From positions 3,674-67,673 of the forward strand of contig JANNWR010000153.1 in assembly GCA_031408715.1 (NCBI GenBank): a stretch of 64,000 nt of DNA. Direction: 5' to 3'. Shown piece after piece: positions 61,646-64,000 of this stretch. This DNA comes from a bacterium (GTDB lineage: Bacteria > Eisenbacteria > RBG-16-71-46). Within the stretch, counting starts at the first letter, position 1. Each line of letters opens with the position of its first letter. The notes under the pieces were generated by a model. It did not search any database and was not told where the DNA came from. It saw only the letters and a list, made by a program, of their open reading frames with translations. The position numbers were made by a program, and so were the translations under genes.

Positions 61646-62062
61646 ATGTCCAGTCACAAGATCGTTCGCTGTCAGCTCCGCCGGAAGGGAACGAAGGAGT
61701 CCGGGCAGGTGCGCTACGTCCCACTCGAGATCTTCGGGCTGTGGGAGCACCTCATGTCGAGCAAGCACGGCTTCGAGGTGGTCGACGCGCGTGCATCCTT
61801 GTGGCTCGACATGGAGGATTCGCCCGAGGCGGCTTACAGCCAGAACCAGTACGACCGCGTCACCGAAGTCACGGCATTCGTCTATTCGCAACGCGACGAC
61901 ATGTTCACGCGTGCGCGCCGCTATTTCCGTAGCGACGAAGCCGACAGCCTGAAGCGCATCTTCCTGTCGCATTACACGGGGGATGAATCCCGCATCCAGA
62001 CCCAGGTGCACGAGCGCACCGGCATCTGGATCGTACGCGAGGCGACGCCCGCACACGCGTAG
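61646..62062 (+). CDS. hypothetical protein (138 aa, no family recognised)
   Basis: ATG 61646 is preceded by GGAGG (61637-61641). The third codon position is strongly G/C, like neighbouring genes, and the amino-acid composition is ordinary. It is followed by a clear terminator. Confidence 0.6.
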   Translation: MSSHKIVRCQLRRKGTKESGQVRYVPLEIFGLWEHLMSSKHGFEVVDARASLWLDMEDSPEAAYSQNQYDRVTEVTAFVYSQRDDMFTRARRYFRSDEADSLKRIFLSHYTGDESRIQTQVHERTGIWIVREATPAHA

Positions 62063-62095
62063 GCCTCGAGCGGTTCACGCTTTGTTCGTGTCTGA

Positions 62096-62130
62096 AGCGC
62101 GCGGCCCCTCCGGAGCCGCGCGCTCTTCTT
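62096..62130 (+). terminator. rho-independent terminator
   Basis: AGCGCGCGGC-(loop CCCTCCGGA)-GCCGCGCGCT forms a 10-bp GC stem, followed by CTTCTT. It begins 34 nt after the stop at 62062. Confidence 0.6.
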
Positions 62131-62474
62131 ATGGCAGGCGGGAGATGTCATGCGGGCGGGTGCTGCGAGCAGGACCGGTCGAACGGGCTCGGCGGGACAC
62201 TTCGCACCCCCCGCAGGGGGTGCTCCGAGGATTCCTGCAGGAGCATGCAGGAAAGCACTGAAGTCGAGCACGGGCCCCGCCGATAAACCTCCGGGAGTCG
62301 CAGGGCGGCGCGGTAGCCGTCAGGGATGTCGGGCGCGAACCGCTCGACCGTTGTGGCGACCCCATCCGTGTCCGGTTTCGCCGGGCACCTCGAGGCCTGT
62401 GGAGAAAGGGCGGCAAGGGGCTCCATGGGACCACCTCGCGAAGGGGTGGGGTCACTACAGGGAAGGAGAGAACC

Positions 62475-63680
62475 GTGGTCGTCGTGAGCTATTCGGGAAA
62501 AGAGATCAACGCCAAGCTGGTCTATTACGGCGCTGGCCTCAGCGGCAAGACGACGAACCTCGAGGCCATCTACGAGGCGGTGCCCGACACCAGCCGCGGC
62601 AAGATGGTGAGCATGAAGACGCAGAGCGATCGTACGCTCTTCTTCGACCTGCTGCCCCTGGATCTCGGTGAGATCATGGGGTTCAAGACCCGGTTCCTTC
62701 TTTACACGGTCCCCGGCCAGGTGTTCTACAACGCCACCCGCAAGTTGGTGCTCAAGGGCGCCGACGCGTTGGTGTTCGTTGCCGACTCCGAAGTCGGCAA
62801 GATGGAGGAGAACAAGGAGTCGTTGGCCAACCTCCGCACGAACCTCGCTGAGTACAACATCAATCTGGATTCCATTCCCTGGGTCCTGCAGTACAACAAG
62901 CGTGACCTCCCGAACGTCTACACGCTCGACGAGCTCAACGCGGAACTCAACCCAGGTAAGGTGCCGTTCTTCGAGTCTGTGGCTCGTGAAGGCAAGGGCG
63001 TGTTTGAAACCTTCCGTGGCATCTCGCATCTGCTGATGGAGAAGGTCACCAAGGACCTGCGCCGTGCGCCCACCGCGACCCAGAATCGTCACGCGCAGAG
63101 CGAAACGGCACTGCCGGCGGCCGAGGACCTGTTGGCGACGCGCGAGCAGGTGCGCTCTTCCGCGCCTCCACTCGCTCCCGCCCAGGCGATCCAGCGCGAG
63201 GCGGCCAGCACGCCGGCTCCGTTGCCCAGTGGGGATGACAAGCTCGACTACGGTCGCGAGATCGAACTGCCGGGAGCTTTGTCGGCAGCCGCAAACCGCG
63301 CCCACGAGTCGCAGATTGCCTCCCTGCCATCGGGGCCGAGCATCATCTCCGACCCCGTCGCACCGTCTGCTCCGGCGTCAGCCTTCCCGCAGCCCTCACC
63401 GGTCTCTCAGCCGGTGGCAACCGCGGTGCAGGCCGTTGCGGTTCCTCAGAACGTTGCTGTCCATCAGCCTGCCCCGTCCGCACCGGAGCCGCAGGTGCCG
63501 CAGTCGGCGCCCGCAGCGCAGCGGGTGAACGCCGCACAGCCTTCGACCTTTGTACAGGTTGCACCCCAGGGCAACGCCGTCGCGGATGCCGCCCCGACCC
63601 AGCTGGTCGTGCCGGTGAAACTCGCTCCGGGGGGTACGTACGAGATCGTGCTGCGCATCGAGGTGGACAAGGCCGCGTAA
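62475..63680 (+). CDS. mglA: MglA-family Ras-like GTPase with ~200-aa Pro/Ala/Gln/Ser-rich C-terminal extension
   Basis: GTG 62475 lies 5 nt after AAGGAG. The G domain closely resembles Myxococcus MglA. Shared elements are KEINAKLVYYGAGLSGKTTN (P-loop), SDRTLFFDLLP (intrinsic Arg), LYTVPGQVFY (catalytic Gln), QYNKRDL (G4) and ESVAREGKGV (G5). Residues ~195-401 are low complexity. Confidence 0.85.
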   Translation: MVVVSYSGKEINAKLVYYGAGLSGKTTNLEAIYEAVPDTSRGKMVSMKTQSDRTLFFDLLPLDLGEIMGFKTRFLLYTVPGQVFYNATRKLVLKGADALVFVADSEVGKMEENKESLANLRTNLAEYNINLDSIPWVLQYNKRDLPNVYTLDELNAELNPGKVPFFESVAREGKGVFETFRGISHLLMEKVTKDLRRAPTATQNRHAQSETALPAAEDLLATREQVRSSAPPLAPAQAIQREAASTPAPLPSGDDKLDYGREIELPGALSAAANRAHESQIASLPSGPSIISDPVAPSAPASAFPQPSPVSQPVATAVQAVAVPQNVAVHQPAPSAPEPQVPQSAPAAQRVNAAQPSTFVQVAPQGNAVADAAPTQLVVPVKLAPGGTYEIVLRIEVDKAA

Positions 63681-63704
63681 GTCCAGCCACCGCAAAGTCT
63701 CCAG

Positions 63705-63756
63705 AGCCCGCGAGGTGCTGTCATGGTTGCCATTGACAGCGGCCTCGCGGGTTCTT
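63705..63756 (+). terminator. rho-independent terminator
   Basis: A nested hairpin has AGCCCGCGAGG / CCTCGCGGGTT as the outer stem (11 bp including a G-U) and GCTGTCA / TGACAGC as the inner stem. It is followed by TTCTT. It begins 25 nt after the stop at 63680. Confidence 0.6.
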
Positions 63757-63762
63757 AGCTTT

Positions 63763-64000
63763 GTGGTTACGGAGGTAGCTACCAAGTCAGCTCGTGCTCG
63801 TCTCGTGTTCGTTGCAATGGTCCTGGCCACGGTCATGTCCTCGAATGCACTCGCGGGTCCGTTGAGCGATGCTGGCGCTGCCGGGTTCGCGCCGCGCGTC
63901 CCGGTGAGCCTGTTCGCGCGTCCCTCCATGGGACTCGACCTTTCCCGCCTGCACTTCACCAGCACCACCACGGTGGGCAGCGGGTGGGGAGGTGGTGGGA
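63763..64000 (+). CDS. secreted protein, 3'-truncated by window edge (start uncertain)
   Basis: The frame is open from GTG 63763 to the window end and is not in the ORF track because no stop is reached. The translation VVTEVATKSARARLVFVAMVLATVMSSNALAGPL... looks like a signal peptide with an ALA-G cleavage site. No well-spaced RBS was found. Confidence 0.4.
   Translation, partial: MVTEVATKSARARLVFVAMVLATVMSSNALAGPLSDAGAAGFAPRVPVSLFARPSMGLDLSRLHFTSTTTVGSGWGGGG

Noticed and set aside
61475-62056. A 193-aa minus-strand ORF lies opposite the 138-aa hypothetical gene.
   Set aside because: The plus-strand frame has a proper RBS, G/C-rich third positions and a downstream terminator. The minus-strand frame has none of these and starts inside the upstream intergenic palindrome.
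62150-62671. A 173-aa plus-strand ORF lies in the leader of the MglA-like gene.
   Set aside because: Its composition is Arg/Gly/Pro-rich. It runs out of frame into the highly conserved G-domain coding region. It has no RBS.
1-64000. I searched for CRISPR arrays, rRNA and tRNA genes, transposase, integrase or phage genes, toxin-antitoxin pairs and defence systems.
   Set aside because: No repeat-spacer periodicity, RNA gene signature or recognisable mobile or defence protein motif was seen in any frame. The only repeat-like elements are the palindromes and short direct repeats reported above.

Overview
This is a very GC-rich (judged by eye, not computed) bacterial chromosomal window that is almost entirely coding. 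I found no rRNA or tRNA genes, CRISPR arrays, transposases or integrases.

Layout, left to right:
1. 2-3438: the tail of a riboflavin operon (ribE'-ribBA-ribH), then nusB and a metallophosphoesterase.
2. 3450-33441: a ~30 kb, strictly co-directional, nearly gap-free glycosylation super-cluster of 23 genes. It holds about eight GT-B glycosyltransferases and three GT2 enzymes, two of the polyprenol-phosphate-sugar synthase type. It also holds four putative GT-C membrane transferases: DUF2723/TMEM260-like with TPR, ArnT/PMT-like, YfhO-like, and a DD-motif type. The remaining genes are a Wzx flippase, an MprF-flippase-like protein, two SAM methyltransferases, a 4-epimerase, HddC/HddA-like GDP-heptose genes, an AsnB amidotransferase, a FemAB/CelD-like acyltransferase and a secreted beta-propeller protein.
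3. 33675-50773: a complete dcw cluster, mraZ-[STAS gene]-rsmH-ftsL-ftsI-murE-murF-mraY-murD-ftsW-murG-murC-ftsQ-ftsA-ftsZ. It is preceded by a sigma70-like promoter and 10-bp-phased GTGG (MraZ-box-like) repeats.
4. 50773-64000: a 180-nt rod-like palindrome filling the ftsZ-TPR gap, a TPR protein, rpmB, recG, a zinc-ribbon protein, a secreted PAP2/vanadium-haloperoxidase-like protein, a patA-pimA-MFS-like operon, an orphan 138-aa protein, an MglA-family GTPase with a ~200-aa low-complexity tail, and the start of a secreted protein.

Strongest leads:
- The GT-C-rich locus lacks wzy, wzz, wza and a priming transferase, which suggests periplasmic protein or lipid glycosylation. It includes a TMEM260-like O-mannosyltransferase candidate.
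- A STAS-domain gene is inserted between mraZ and rsmH.
- The MglA-like GTPase is orphan and tailed, with no MglB nearby.
- A palindromic element spans exactly the ftsZ-TPR intergenic gap.
- A PatA/PimA-like pair sits outside its usual actinobacterial context.

All functional calls rest on motif recognition in the supplied translations. No database search was run.
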